A stretch of 64,000 nt of DNA from Parasitella parasitica NRRL 2501 (lineage: Eukaryota; Fungi; Mucoromycota): positions 1 through 64,000 of the forward strand of contig MU619296.1 in the NCBI GenBank assembly GCA_025201805.1, written 5' to 3'. Positions 22,342 through 36,819 of this stretch are shown piece after piece (the first letter of the stretch is position 1; each line of letters opens with the position of its first letter). A program made the translations under genes and the position numbers. The notes under the pieces are model-generated. The model was not told where the DNA came from. It ran no database searches and was given only the letters and a program-made list of their open reading frames with translations.

Positions 22342-24307
22342 TACAGTGTATCATTTCTTACAGACCATAAAGCAAAGGCAGCACATTAGGGGACTGTAAT
22401 TTATGATTTCTGCTTGTAAATATTACCTGAACGACATCCCCGTGGTGAAATGTCAGCTTGCCGTCCTTAAAGTTAATAGCACAATTTCAATATGTTATGT
22501 GCTAGGCAAAAAGGTATTTAACATCAATAAAAGATACTCTCTTGTATACCTTATGAGATAATAAAAAAGAAAGAAAGAGAAAGGTGCTGTTTGATTAAGG
22601 GGTGTCTTACCCAACTTGACTTCTTGCTGTCAGACGCAAGTCAATTCTCTCAATTGTAGTACTGTTGGGATAGCAGATAAAGCCGTCGATATATCATATA
22701 AGCTACGCAGAAAGTAGAAAGAGCGCATCTTAATCATCAAAAATAGTAATGGCGCAACAAATTCGATTTTGTATACATCAAAGTCGAAGCCTGATCTTAA
22801 ATAATTAGCTGATTGCTCTTTGCAATACTGGCACATAATTTTACCTTGCCCAATGACTTCGTATACAATGAGTTTATCATATTTATTCGTGATCAGTCGA
22901 TTTAGCAGCAGCTGTAGTCTTCTTTCACAACTGAGCAAAGACACTTGTTTTCACAGACCAAGAAATCGTACGTTTGGGAGCCAATTTTGGCAGAAAACTT
23001 AACTGTCTAGCGTCAGTCTATTATTTCCGAGTAAATACGTGAAGTGTCTTCACAACGCAAGTATTATGAGTTTGTATCCTATAAATATTGTTATCTCTAC
23101 CCACCCTTTTTCAAAGTTCTGCCTATAGGGAATATTACATTCTAATAAGCAATGATTCATTTCTTTGATATACGCTTTCAGCGTGATTATGATTGCTCAA
23201 TCTATCATGGAGAAATTCGAATTACTATTATTGATTGGAAATCGAAAAAAAATTGATACTTACACATTATTTATAACTTTAGCCACATGATTCTTATTAC
23301 CCTTCATCATGTGTTTCAAAATTACACTCGTAGCCTTTCTTTACAGCCGACACTGACATTATATTAATATAGTAAATTAACTAAGGAAACATGCCTACTT
23401 GAGCATACCTCATTGAAGCACTTATTTCGATCGAGGAGCAAAACATGAGCTCCACAAGCAATCTGGTTATGTCTTGATATAAATCAATAGTCAAGATGCT
23501 GTAAGATATGAACTCAAAAGCTATTTTTACATAGCTTCTTGATATGGTTGATATAAATGCCACTAATCATGACCATCACCTTTTCGCAACGTAAGGGCAT
23601 AATTTACAATCTCTAACATTTTTGCAAAGTAATAAGCGATAGAGATACAATCTTCAGCTAAAATCTTTTACTTTGCATCATTCTGTAACATATCCGAGTC
23701 TCATGCACCTCTGACCATTTTACAGATTTTGCTCTGTCTGGTTTGATACGCTATTTTTTTTTTTTTACAGATTTGACCATCCGATAACGAACTCCTGGCA
23801 AAGCTGTGTGCTAGAAAAGTCTAAATAAGGAGCTAGGGCTGGTCAAGGAAGAACTATAACTAAAGCAACCTTCGTAAAGATTACTGGTCTACAACCGCCC
23901 TTGAAAAGTGCAATTAGACAAAAAACATGCATGCACTTTGTAGATATCATCCAAATCTATCTGAAGCAGCTTAGATCAGTTGATGTGCCGTACAGAGGAT
24001 CACTTAAAGAACCTTAAGCAGTAGGGCAGACGCAGGATGTATGATTAAGATTTACATTGGTCTTTGTTTCATACAAAAACTCTAGACAAGTAGTATTGGG
24101 ATCATTTTGAGAATGTATGTACATTTGAAAGTTAGCAGGAGAATAACAGATTGGCAATGCAGGTTCCAATTACTTTGCTGCTCACCAACAATGTTACTGC
24201 CAAGCGTCGAAGCTCTCAGGTTACACGCGATATACAGAACTATATCTATAAAAGAGACTCAATTCAGACTGCTTCGTTTTTGGTATTATACTATCCTTCA
24301 CCAAATC

Positions 24308-25725
24308 ATGCAGCCTCCTTCTACTATTGTAGCCTTTGATGAAAAAGAACTTTTTCTTCCTTCAAATGGCCAACCTATCATTGTGAATAATCAAAAATCA
24401 AGAGCAAGAGTTTGGTATAAAATATATATTCTCTTGTTTGGCTTATTCTTTTACATTTTCTTCAATTTGATGAATAAACTCTACACCCTACGCGAATCAG
24501 AAGACCAGAATGTCAATACCGATAATATCTATCAATTAGAATCATTAAAGAATGAAGATGTGGTATGGAAAAATAATCCGAAGTGGACAGTTGTCATTAA
24601 TGCTTTATAGCTTCATACAGGAATATTTGCCAGTTGCCAAGGCACCAAGGGACCGACAATTCCGTATAAAGGTCAATCCGACTTCCAATTTGATCAACAA
24701 GCTTTCTCTCATCTTTCGATTGACCAAAGGACAAACACTCATAGAGGCACATTTCTTCAAATTACTGTAATCTATACTATTTCTGACAGCTACAAAATAG
24801 AGCATCTCACATTTTTATTGCTTAGAATGGAAACACTGTCGTTTCTATTGATGAAACTATCTCTAGGACTTCGATTACTTTTGACTTGAAATTTGATCAT
24901 GAAGAATTACAAGATGTCTTTTGGATAGAACAAACGGAAGATAAAGTTCAAGGTGTCTATTCACTGATTATTCGAGCAAGTAGAAGCATTTAACACACTA
25001 TTGATCTTGCCTTTAACTGTATGTGCTTAGGCTGATGAATCTTACAGCTATGATGGTTGCATCTCTATTAATATTGACATCCGCGTACCTAATCTCACTG
25101 CTTTGACCACACTAACTATTAGTCTCGCCAACAATGGGATTTCTCTCAAAGAAGGTTTGATACTTGAGAAACTGGCTGTCTCGGTCGCTAATGGTTATAT
25201 TGAATTTGAAGAGGTTGGCAGTATTATTTATATGGTAGTTCTAACGTGTATAATTAATCATGAAGCAGGGTATTTCTTCAGGTAATGCCGTATTCACTGT
25301 TGCCAATGGACATGTTTCTGGCAAGATCAACACCTTGAGCAATGATCTTACCTCTTCGGTTGCCAATGGATATACAGAGATCGCCATCAAGCAAATCGAA
25401 CAAGCTACTAACGAAGATATTTCTATCCAGGCCGCTGTTGCTAATGGTCATAATGATCTTAGAGTGGTAAGCAAAACCCAATAGTTTTTAAACAAAAGAA
25501 GTTATTAAAGCATTCTTTTTTAAAAAGCCTTCTTCCTTCAACAGTCAATTTCAATTGGAATCTTTTGCTGGAAGGCATATCATTGAATCAACCTATCCTC
25601 AGAACATTCATCGCCGTTCGGGCAGATGGGGTGCCATATTTGGCTATTATGGCAACGATAAGGATACTCGAAATTCTGTAATTTTAAAAACCTCCAGTGG
25701 AGGTCTGAAATTGACTTATGTTTAG
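24308..25725 (+). CDS. Single-pass membrane protein with DUF4097/adhesin-like beta-strand repeats (multi-exon)
   Basis: N-terminal TM (VWYKIYILLFGLFFYIFF) and repeated xx(V/L)ANG motifs (ISLANNG, VSVANG, FTVANG, SSVANG, AAVANG). Ends KTSSGGLKLTYV*. Confidence 0.6.
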
Positions 25726-25752
25726 ATGCAGTCTTTTTTCTTTTTTCATAAG

Positions 25753-27769
25753 CTAAAATAAACTATTGATCTCTTCCAATGTTTTTCCCTGTAAATAAGT
25801 GCACATTAGTAAACATATATTATCAAACATCTGGTATGAGCCCACCTTTGTTTCTGGCACAAAAATGTAGCAAAATATGCTTGATGCAATGCACCAACTA
25901 CCAAAGAATACATAAGTCCAAACGACGCTGGAAGCCAGCATGATAGGACTGACTTTCCCAATAATGGCATTGAAAATCCAGTTAACTGCTGTTGTCAGAG
26001 AGGTACTCTTTGCTCTTGCACTATCCATAGGCAGTCAGGACGTGATATGCTCATACATGCACGTATTTACAAGCAGTGGTGTTACCTCATAGGATAGATC
26101 TCGGAACAGTACAGCCATGGACAAGGTCCCCAAGATAGAGCAAAAAATACGGCATAGCCTGTTGACAACTGTCATCTATATGATCATTCTATGAGAACTA
26201 TAATTACCCACTTACTGTACATAAACATTATACCCTGGAAAGAGTCGAATCATGTTACTGAAAACGCTTCATTTGAAAATATCGTACTTACTAAAATAGC
26301 AGCTGCAGGTATAGGCGATCCTTCATTGTTTTGCGGTTTTTTGTTGGCTATGGGATTTGATGCCACACAAATGGAGACAGCATACATGCAAATGCCCATT
26401 GCGCATCCACCGCCAATCAGCAATGGTCTTCGTCCAAAGCGATCAATCAATGACGAAAAACCTATCAATACAACAATCATCTTTAATATGCCATATACGC
26501 CTGTAGCCAGCAGTTCAGCTTCACTTGAGGAAAGACCGATTGACTTGAATATGATGGGGCTGAAGTAATTGATAAGGTTTGTACCGGTCATCTGTTGTAG
26601 TGCTTGCAATGCGCATCCCAAGAATAAACGTCTTCTATTTGGGCTAGCTAATGTTTGCTCCCAAGATGTATTCTGAAATTGGAGACTCAACGAGTTTTGT
26701 ATCTGCTCCATTTCTTCCTTTACATCGTGCATATCACGAATTTTACAAAGCACTCGAGAGGCGTCTTCTGGCTTGCCATGAGAGCATAGCCATCGAGGAG
26801 TCTCGAATAACAGTGTCATACCAAGGAGAAGCAGCACTGATGGGAAGATTTGGATGATCAATGGGATGCGCCACAACAAATTATCATGCTCGTCGACAAA
26901 TTTTCGTACAATATAATGAGACCAGTACGACGCAGCAAGTCCTGTAGCGATAAAGAACATCCACAGCCCACCCAATAAACCTCTGTGTCTCTGATGCGCG
27001 ATCTCTGCTACATAAATCTGCAATCTGAATAGTAACGAGATCAACATCCTTTTTTTAATTTGATACTCACGGGAACCAGCATACTCAACGCGCCTACCCC
27101 TGGTTGACAGAAGACTTTTAGCGACACAAGCATATTAATATGTATACGAATCTGTATGTACCAAGTCCAGAAATGACTCTTCCTAGATACAGCACCATCA
27201 AGTTGTAACCTATAATCTGAAATACGCCCCCGATCGTAAATACGAACGCAGCTGTCATTATGCTGTATTTTCGACCCAAGGCATCTTGAATTTCTATTAG
27301 CTAAATCGCCAAGCATTCCTGTATCAATGGACTAGTCTACCTGCTGTACTGGTTGCCAACAGGCTTCCACACAAGCATCCAACCTGTAATACAGACACTA
27401 TGTTCCCGTTTATCTCAGCCTCTTGGGTTGCGTTGTTTGGGTCAATGCCAAAGTAAATTTGGAATGAAGGTGCAATCAGCATGCCGCCCACCACACCCAA
27501 ATCATAGCCTTTACATTATTTTTTTTTTAATTATCAACAGCAAGTGTTTGTAGCATGTCTTGTCAGTTACCAAACAAAAATCCCCCTAAACAAGCAATGC
27601 AGGTCGCAAGAATTGACCATATTGTCATTGTGTGGTGCTTTACAGTTCTTTGATATATCAATGGTTCCAGCTGTTGTTCAACTTCGTCTTCGTCGTGGTC
27701 AATGAACGGTATGGAAGAGGATGACACTCTATTGCTGACACATGCGCCTCTGTTGGACAGTCTCTTCAT
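25753..27769 (-). CDS. MFS sugar porter (quinate/hexose permease-like, multi-exon)
   Basis: ACLGGFLFG, IYVAEIA..HRG, ETPRWL, QQMTGTNLINYF, DRFGRRPLL, PETK/GKTLEEI. Confidence 0.92.
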
Positions 27770-27905
27770 ACTTTAATCAATAATTGTGGGTATTCCAAGC
27801 GTAAAAAAGATTGAAAAACGTTATTTTATTTTATTTTGAAAGGTAGTCGTACGTGTAACGTAACTCATCAAGTTTTCTTTCGGGTATATGCATGTGCAGT
27901 GCTTA

Positions 27906-29033
27906 CTACAGAATGTTCTCAAGGCCTTGGATCTGCTCTGGTGTCAATGACTCGGGAAACACAACCTCAAACCCGACAATTAAATCACCTCTCTCGCCTG
28001 TTTCTCCATTTGGCATGCCTTCGCCAATGAGGATTTCTTCTTGACCAGTTTGAATAATGCGGTTCTGGGCCTCTACGGTAATCATTGTTTGACCGTCCAA
28101 GCGAGGCACCATTTTCTGGAAGCCTGTAAGAGCCTCTTTCAATGAGAGTTTGACAATAGTTTGCAGGTTGTCGCCTTTTCGAGTAAATGTATCATGTGGT
28201 TTCTCTTGAATTTCAAACACGAGATCTTGCTTTTTTCCGGGAAATAATGCATCGTCTTCGCCAGGAAGTTTAATGAGGCTGCCAGTTCTTAGCCCAGGCT
28301 TGATATCGACGCTTACTATTTTGTCTGTTGTCTGGTTTGAAAGAGTGCGAGTAGCCTTCAACTTCTTGGTGGCTCCAGAATATAGATCCTCTAAAGATAC
28401 AAGTAGTGGTTGCTTCACATACTGAGGCTTTTCTTGAGATAGGCTTGTGGTTCTAGCAGTATGATTATTGCTGAATGACGAACCATAAGAGTTGCTCTCC
28501 GGAGGTTGTTTTTTTGTAGGTTTCCATTTCTTAGTGCCAGTCGTGTACGGAGGAGATGGAGGTGTATAACCGTGGTTGCGGAATAGATCGCTAAAATCCT
28601 CGTCTCCAACACTTGGTCCATATTTTGTAGAAGCTGAAAAGAAGTGCGAAAAGAGATCTTCCGGGTTATTGCGTGCCCCTTTTGTAGCAAAGTAAGCATT
28701 GGAAAAAAAATGAGTAAAGGTTTCCTCTGGATTAACAAATGTACTGAATGGCCGCTTTCCACCAGATGCAGATTGCTTATCGTACTGCCTTCGTTTGCTC
28801 TCATCACTCAAGACTTCGAAAGCTTCGCCCAGCTTCTGAAATTGCTGCTTTGCAGACTGGTCTTTGTTTCGATCAGGATGATATTTCAAAGCTTGAATCC
28901 AAATATCAATGTCGTATTCACATGATGCCTTGTACTTTGATTACTTACCTTTCTTACGATATGCCCATTTGATTTCTGTTCCGGAAGCATTTTTCGGCAC
29001 GCCGAGAATTTCATAGTAATTGCTACTTTCCAT
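27906..29033 (-). CDS. Type II Hsp40/DnaJ co-chaperone (Sis1/DNAJB-like)
   Basis: Exon 1 [25 protein letters not shown] motif (KYHPDRN), G/F-rich region, C-terminal VSLEDLYSG...[10 protein letters not shown]...GEGMP. Confidence 0.9.
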
Positions 29034-29454
29034 TTCGACAATTCAAAAAAGATGTTGGAACAAAAAAAGAACAGACCTTGGTGAGCATTTTTTTTATAGT
29101 GATGGGGGATAGACTGTTTGTTCTTTTTCTCAATCATTCTGGCATGTTCGAAAAATTTATCCTGCAAGGCAGAGAGATTTGAGTAGCAGATCCCAATAAA
29201 AATCCCAGACAACGGCCTTTGCTTTCTTCAATCAAAGCTTAGAGGATACTATAGTGCTTGAATCCTATTTTGGGAGGGCCAATATTCTTTCTTGAATTAC
29301 AAGCCAATTCATTTGCGAGTGTTAGCTACTCTCATTCCTTGCAGGTAATTTCACTGCAATCATCACTTGGCAAAACAAATCATCAAATCATATCCATTGC
29401 TTTGATTTAGCTAGTGAGATGTGCAAAAATGGAGTTTTAATGAAATAATGATGA

Positions 29455-32400
29455 ATGGCATTTCTCTCTCAAGATACTGGTCATATCTTTTGCTTCTTTT
29501 TACTCTTACAATATATGCATCTTTCACGACAATTATTAATACATTCATTCATTATTTTACCTCTGGTGCTCTCAGCAAAGACAACTTACAAACCAAAGCA
29601 ATGTTTGCGCTATCGTGACAATGATATTTTTGCAGAAACCTGCCCTACCTATTCGCAAGAAACAGTTGATTTTTCTGCTGCTCTCTTCCCGGATGCTGCT
29701 GTAATATCGGGTTTAAGCAAACCTCACATCATAGAAAAGTCAGACCACGACCATACAGTAACTGAAACTGTGGATAACGGCATAGACAGCCCTATTCAAT
29801 TACCAGCTTTACCTCAAACAAAAGAAACCGATGCTAGCCAAAACCAACCCTCTCAACATAATAACGATAGAACCAATTCAAATGTTAATTACACTGGACA
29901 AGAAATCCAACAAGAACAGGAAGCAATAGATGATAAGCGAAAGCCACTAGTGTCATTTGAGGAATGGCAGAAAAAGATTGCGCAAATCGAGAATGACAAG
30001 GAACGGCGGCATAAGCGAAAGACTCTGGAGGAAGAGGAAGGGTCAATGAACAAAAGACAGCAAATGGTAGACAGCATAGATGGTGGATTTGCTGACGATT
30101 TTGGATCCATGTTTGAAGATTTGCTGGGTGGTGTTGGAGGAAAAGATAAAAAGAAGCCGAACGTATATGCAGAGGGCGAGTATATCGCACCAAGCCAGTC
30201 TGGCTCAGAGAGCAAAAGCAAAAAGAAACAGCAGTTTGCTGATGTCCGTATGAAATCGTTAAAGGAAAGGTTCAACTACGCGTCAACAGATTGTGCAGCT
30301 ACAGTAAGAAAGGTGAATAAGCAAGCCAAAGGAGCACAGTCTATCTTGTACGAATCAAAAGACCAGTATTTGTTAAACAAATGCTCTGCTGATAAATTCG
30401 TAATCATCAACTTATGCGAACAGATTGTGGTGGATACTATTGTGATGGCAAATTTCGAGTTTTTCTCTAGCACATTCAAGGATTTCCGTGTGTACGCTTC
30501 ATCTAAGTATCCATCGAAAGATTGGAGGCTCTTGGGTCAGTGGCAGGCTCGAAATACAAGGGATCTTCAAGTTTTCAGAGTACCTGATAGTGGATTTGTG
30601 GAATATATGAAGATTGAATTTATTACACACTATGGGCACGAGTATTATTGTCCTCTCAGCTTAGTCAGAGTGCATGGCATGTCGATGATGGAGTACTACA
30701 ACACTGTCGAGAGTCAGGATCAGAATCCAGTATTGGAAGAAGAGCATTTATGGCCTGCAGAGGTCCGTGAGCAAATCATCCAGCCCCAATTCGACATTAC
30801 AGACTCTGCTGAATCGTTTCCTGTGAAAAATGATATAGATGAGGACGATATAAAGCCAATCATTCCACCTATCAACATTGCGACAGAAACATCGCTGTCT
30901 TCCGATTCTGATGATTTACCGTCAAGGAGCGCGGAAACTACGGTGGAAATAGGACCTGTTGAAACCAGCCTTGAGGCGCCTTTGGAAGACATCGTTACAG
31001 ATCAAACCTCGGGTGAGGAAACCGGGATTTTAGAAACCACTATAGATCATATCAATGCAGAGCAGGACGAGCCTGCAACGACTACTTTCATCGAATTGTC
31101 AATAACGCCAACTGATGTAGATGAGGTAGACCAGACTCCTGTATCATCTCCAATATCGCAAGGAAAGCCTTCCTCAAGCAAATCAAAGGCAGAAAAGATT
31201 AAAATTACAGTCAATAAAGGAAAGCAAACTGGTGCCCCATCTCACACTAAAAGAAAAGCCAGCAGCGTAAGCACTATAACTAACAGCAGTAGCACAAGTA
31301 TCCAGGTTGACAATACTATTAACCACAGCAAGAATGCTAACGAAGTAGGCAACGGAAACAACAACAACAACAACGCTAATAGCGATACTATTGACAACAG
31401 CACGGGTACTGTAGTCAGCGATGACAGCGCCGAAAGCGATGAAATGCTTGCTATTGAAAACAATGAAATAGCTAAAGATGTCAAAAGCGATGCTACTCGA
31501 GATAATGCCAACACAACTATTTCATCTGCAACAACAGCCGTATCACCTCAAAGTTCTGTACCAAATTCACCATCATCACCGCCGTCGCCAAAAGTGGTTA
31601 TACCTAATGCCCATCAAAAAGACGGCAGTACACAAGAATCCATCTATAAAACTATCATGAAACGATTGAATGTACTCGAAGTCAACGTGACACTATCACA
31701 GCGATTCCTTGATGATCAAAATAAAATCCTCAACAATGTATTTATGGACATGGAAAAAAGACACCAAGATCAATTGATAGTTCTCATTGGGCATTTGAAC
31801 GAAACTGCCAGTTATAAGATTGACAGCATGGTAAGGCCAACAAGCGACATACAACATTTAATGCTAATGTGTAGCTGCCATAGAAACGACGCTACGAGCA
31901 ATGGTATGAGGAACTGAAAGATCAAACCGAAAGTGATATGAGAGAGATGACAGCAAAGATTAGTATATTAGCTGATCAGGTAAGCTCTATACTCCAAATT
32001 TTAGCGAAGCTATGGTTCTCATGAACATGTGTGCAAGTAGCTATCATTTGAAAGAAGAGTATCAGTATCTCAACTTGTCATTATGATTACACTGTTTGTA
32101 TTTATGGCATTATCAAGAGGGACATTTAGTACCCTTTCTCCCGTCATGGCTGCACAGCAAGAAGAAAGGAAACGTAGAGAATCTATAGATCAATCATCAG
32201 CTGTATCTAAAGAAATATTAGATATTGTGCAAAAAGCAACGGATAAAACTACAGATGCTACAGTGCCGTCGAGTCCAGCAGCCACTACGGAAGACCCAAA
32301 ATCATTAATCATACGAAGGCTAAATGAAATCCCAAAGAAGCCGAATAATCCTAGAAGACACAGTGATAGTCCATATCATACAATGAAAATCAGGGACAGC

Positions 32401-32613
32401 AATCAAGTGGATGTTGTTCAAAAATCAAACTATGCGTCGCTGGGTATTGAGATACAAAACGAATTGCTGCATAAAAAATTAGACGACTTATCTCATCAGC
32501 TAAATAATACATCTAGAAAATCAAGCTTGGAGGACCTCAAGGAATCATTTTCAGTGGCTAAGACTCGTGAAAGATCTAGTACAAGCCCACTGTTTTCTGA
32601 CATTGTTCTATAA
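29455..32613 (+). CDS. SLP1: Mid-SUN domain ER protein (Slp1/SUCO family)
   Basis: KERFNYASTDCAATV...KDQYLLNKC...ANFEFFSSTFKDF...HYGHEYYCPLSLVRVHG, coiled coil QESIYKTIMKRL, and a C-terminal TM in the last exon. Start may be at 29515. Confidence 0.9.
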
Positions 32614-32734
32614 AGTCAATAAAATGCACAGCTCTATTGCCGTCAAACACCCTTTGGGTCTCAGCTTTTTCAACAGTAAATTTTTTGCGACCAAAATCTG
32701 CATTTGTTTCTTTCATTAATTACAAAATTTTACA

Positions 32735-33699
32735 ATGAGTTCACTTGCTGGCCTTGTGAATTATTCCGATGACGATGAAGGATCCTCTTCTTCAAGTGAC
32801 GAAGCGCCAGGTAACGATGATTCTTAACAATATGCTTGGTATAATCTTCCCACTCATGCACTGAAACAGTTGATATTCTCAAAGTAATCTTTAACTAAAC
32901 GATGAAACACGTCCTGACCACTGATTTTATTTGATTAGAACATAAAAAAGACGCAATCCCAGGTACAAACAACGAAACCAGCTATAAAACCTGCTTGCAC
33001 TCAACCGATAAAGCCAATATTACCAGCTGTAGTGCAGACACCAACAATAGCAACGAGGTCGAGCGGTGCGATCAGTGAAAAAAACAAGAGATTAATGGCT
33101 GCCCTAGCGGCTAGACCTATCGAAGGTGTCGATAATTGGGGAATTCCTGATGAACCAGACACAGCATGCGACGCAGAACGACTAGTAATTCTGAACATGT
33201 AGCATGCCACTCAAGTAAACAGCTCTAATTCATGCATTTTTTATAGGAACGTATATCGCATTTCTTGTCTTTACGGGCCTCTGGACATCGACTAAACGAG
33301 CATTTACAGCACAACAAAGCATTTCGAAACCCTCGTATCTATACAAAGCTTGTAGAATTTACAGAGGTCGATGAAATCGGCAGTAACTTTGATAAAAAAG
33401 AGTTTGACCCTCATGGATTTCCACCAGAAATGTACATTGATGGCATATTAGAGACACAGAGGAAGCTTGCTGAGGAAAAGGCAGCGCAACAGCACAACCG
33501 AACGTCGGTCAACTTTGTTCCACAGCAGCCAGCAGTGAAACTATCTCAACAACAATCGACCGCCATGGCTCAAGCTATGGCAACTGCTGCCAAGGTAGCC
33601 AACCGAATCGCTAAACCACCTACTCAAGATAGCAAGGCTATTGTACCTGAAAAAAGAAGAAACAAATGGGACGATGATCAGCACACTTCCAAGAAATGA
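32735..33699 (+). CDS. SAP30-binding protein/HCNGP-like (multi-exon)
   Basis: MSSLAGLVNYSDDDE start, FRNPRIYTKLVEFTEVDEIGSNF...FDPHGFP and KRRNKWD. Confidence 0.85.
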
Positions 33700-34562
33700 T
33701 TTTTTAGCTGGTAAAGGTTATCCGTTCTGAAAAAAATAAAATAAAATAAACGGGCTTGTCAGTTCTATTATAAGTGTGATTGATTGCTGCAATTTTGGTA
33801 CCAGGATTGTCAATCATCACAATGGACGGAGAATATCCAAATTGATCTCTCAGTCATTCCAGCCAGAAGCGAACAGGGTATTGGCACTCATTATTTGTTA
33901 CCATCCAAGCAAGAGGGTTTATTTTCCCAGGAATGTCACATCTTGCAACCAAGGTAAACAAGTATCAGGGCTTGTTGGAGTTATCTACGCTAGCTCTATG
34001 TGTAGAGTTTAAGCAGACCAAATCGCCATTTTTTCATCAACAATTGCAATTGTCATTTAGACAAAAATGCTATAAAAATCATTCCTATTTGGTACGTATT
34101 AAATTTTTGGAGAAAGAAACCATGAATTGGGTCCTCTTGATTGGTAATCTTGAGGAGCCACTTGTTTGTAGTAGGAACAAAATCTGTGTGAAGGCGAGAT
34201 CGAAGACAACAACACTTTTTTTTTATTCCATGATATATTCGATTAATTGCACAACATGGAAATTCAAGTCATTAGCGTGGCTGATGCTTATAAATACTTC
34301 ATCAGCGAATAAAGGCTCTCAGTTCTAGGAGAGTGCCCCTCCTCTAGACCTCCTTTAGCTCAATTGGAAAGTATTTCTTTCAATGTCGATTTTACAAATT
34401 TTCATGAGTTTCGTCGCTGATGGGCTTCAATAGAGTGCCAAATAAAGCCTATTTTATACTTTATAAAAACAGGCATGATCATCTCTATCTGTATATAACT
34501 TGGTCTATACCGGTTAAACGCGATATTCTAAGGATACAACAACCATGACTCTTTAAGCTATG

Positions 34563-34585
34563 TGGGTTCTGGGGGGAGTATGGGA

Positions 34586-34623
<38 letters not shown>

Positions 34624-34672
34624 TACCAGGAGTGAAGCCTGCGGCTTAATTTGACTCAACACGGGGAAACTC

Positions 34673-34703
<31 letters not shown>

Positions 34704-34885
34704 TTGAAAGCTCTTTCTAGATTCTATGGGTGGTGGTGCATGGCCGTTCTTAGTTCGTGGAGTGATTTGTCTGGTTAATTCCGATAACGAACGAGACCTT
34801 ATTCTGCTAAATAGGCAGGTCAACTTTTTAGTTGATTAAATAGTTTTATTTATTCTGGCTTCTTAGAGAGACTATCGGCTTCAAG
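34563..34885 (+). pseudogene. Isolated 18S rRNA gene fragment (about 320 bp, V5-V7 region)
   Basis: GGGAGTATGG..GCAAGGCTGAAACTTAAAGGAATTGACGGAAGGGCA, TTAATTTGACTCAACACGGGGAAACTCACCAGGTCCAGAC and GGTGGTGCATGGCCGTTCTTAGTT...GATAACGAACGAGACC. Flanks are non-rDNA. Confidence 0.95.
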
Positions 34886-35514
34886 TATTATTGATGGTAT
34901 TTAGAAACATTTTAAAACAGCGACATAATCACGTGATTTTTATTTCATACTCCGACGGTGAAAGCGCGAAAGAGATAACTTTTGATAGAGGCATTGCTGT
35001 TGTGCCAGTGTCAAAGGGCGCAGCGTAATGTTATGTAAATATGATTTGTATAAAGTAATAAGACTTTTCTGAATAAAAACAGATACAAAACTGAAGACTT
35101 TTATTGACATAAGATATGATCTCTATTTATACTAAAATATATCCCAATCAATGTTTATCCACATAACATCTGATGTTTGACAAGAAGTGTCAAACCTTAT
35201 TAAATCACAGCATTTCCAGGACAGACCTATCTTTCTATTTTACATCAAAGAGAAGATTGGGTAGGATGTCTTCCCGACATCCCGCGATCTGATCTAGATG
35301 TATTCTTTGAATAAGCCTGGAACCTTGCATGAGGTCCAATTACAACTTGTAGCTTATTCCTTATTTGTAAAAGAATTACCAACAATTAATATCATGATCC
35401 GTGCATTATGAATAAGTTAGATATGACATATTTAGCCTTTATATGGATACAACAAAATAGTATAAATAAGCAGAAAGTTATAGATTTAATAACAATACAA
35501 AAACAATATAAGAA

Positions 35515-36819
35515 TTATTCAAGTTTTGCTTCGGACGGCAATTGTTTTTCTTTTGCGATCTTTGTGCTAACCAACTCAACCTTTTTCCAAACACGCAAGA
35601 GATTTCCACCTGCTAAGCCGATCAATTGCTCATCAGACCACCCACGACGGATCAATTCAGCAAACAAATCAGGATACTTTGAAACATCTTCAAGACCAGT
35701 AGGCGTTACTTCAATGCCATTGTAATCAGCACCGAGGCCAACTCGATGATACCCAGCAACAGAGGCAATGTGCTCAATATGATCAGCAACATCAAACAAA
35801 CTAGCTTGCTTATCAGGATCGCATTGAACAAACGGGTTATAGAAATTGATTTGGACTACACCGTCAGTTTCATCCAAACGCTCAAGTACAGTATCAGGCA
35901 CATTTCTCTCAATGTCGCAAAGGGCATTGCTGGAAGAATGAGAGAACAGTACGGGAGCACGAGTGGTGTTTAGGACAGCATGCATAGTTGCGTGAGCAAC
36001 ATGCGATATGTCAACCATCATGCCAAGTCTATTCATCTCCAAAACGATTTCTTTGCCAAAATCAGTTAAGCCTAGTCCTTTATCGAAGGGAGGTGGGTTA
36101 GCATCGCAGCATGATTCGGCCCAGGGAGTATGGCAATTATGAGTCAGCTATAAAATACACGGTCAAAGCACCACATTACTAAGTATAAACTAAATAGGTC
36201 AAACTGCATGTACTTACAGTCATATATCTAATACCAAGGTCATAAAATTGACGAAGCGCAGCCATAGAACTGTCGATCATTTGGCCACCTTCGATCCCCA
36301 TGGCAGAAGCAATTTTACCATGACGCCAGGCATGATGAAACTCTTTGGTATTTGTGGCGATTTGAAATGTTTCAGGGTACAAGTTGACCATTCGCTTGAC
36401 TACATCAATCGCTTCCATTGCTTTCAGCAGTTGATTAGTTTCAGTCTCCTCGCACTCGTAATAAATACTCCAAAATTGGCCCGCTAAACGGCCTTGGTGA
36501 AGGCGGGTGATGTCAGTGTGTCCCCAGTCAAAATGAGTAAAGTTCATTTCATTGATTTTGCCATCATAAACGAAAGCGAGATGCCTACGTGGACCAAATC
36601 AAATCAATAATATTATTTATACAAGTGTTTTCTAATTACTTACATAGGTAGATCATTGTGCGTGTCAATAAGGGGATTGTGGTGGAGAAGCTTGTGTGCA
36701 TGATCGAGCGCATCCTTTTTGTGATGGAAACGTTGAGAAAAAGGGATTTGCTCTGCTTGCAAAGCCATGGCTAAAGGTAGTGCCAAAGAAACAGCTGCCA
36801 ATCCTGACCAGTAAACCAT
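35515..36819 (-). CDS. Secreted membrane dipeptidase (peptidase M19, multi-exon)
   Basis: Signal peptide [72 protein letters not shown]. Confidence 0.93.

Noticed and set aside
34563-34885. Functional rRNA gene
   Set aside because: It is only a fragment, has no ITS/5.8S/28S context, and has substitutions at invariant sites.
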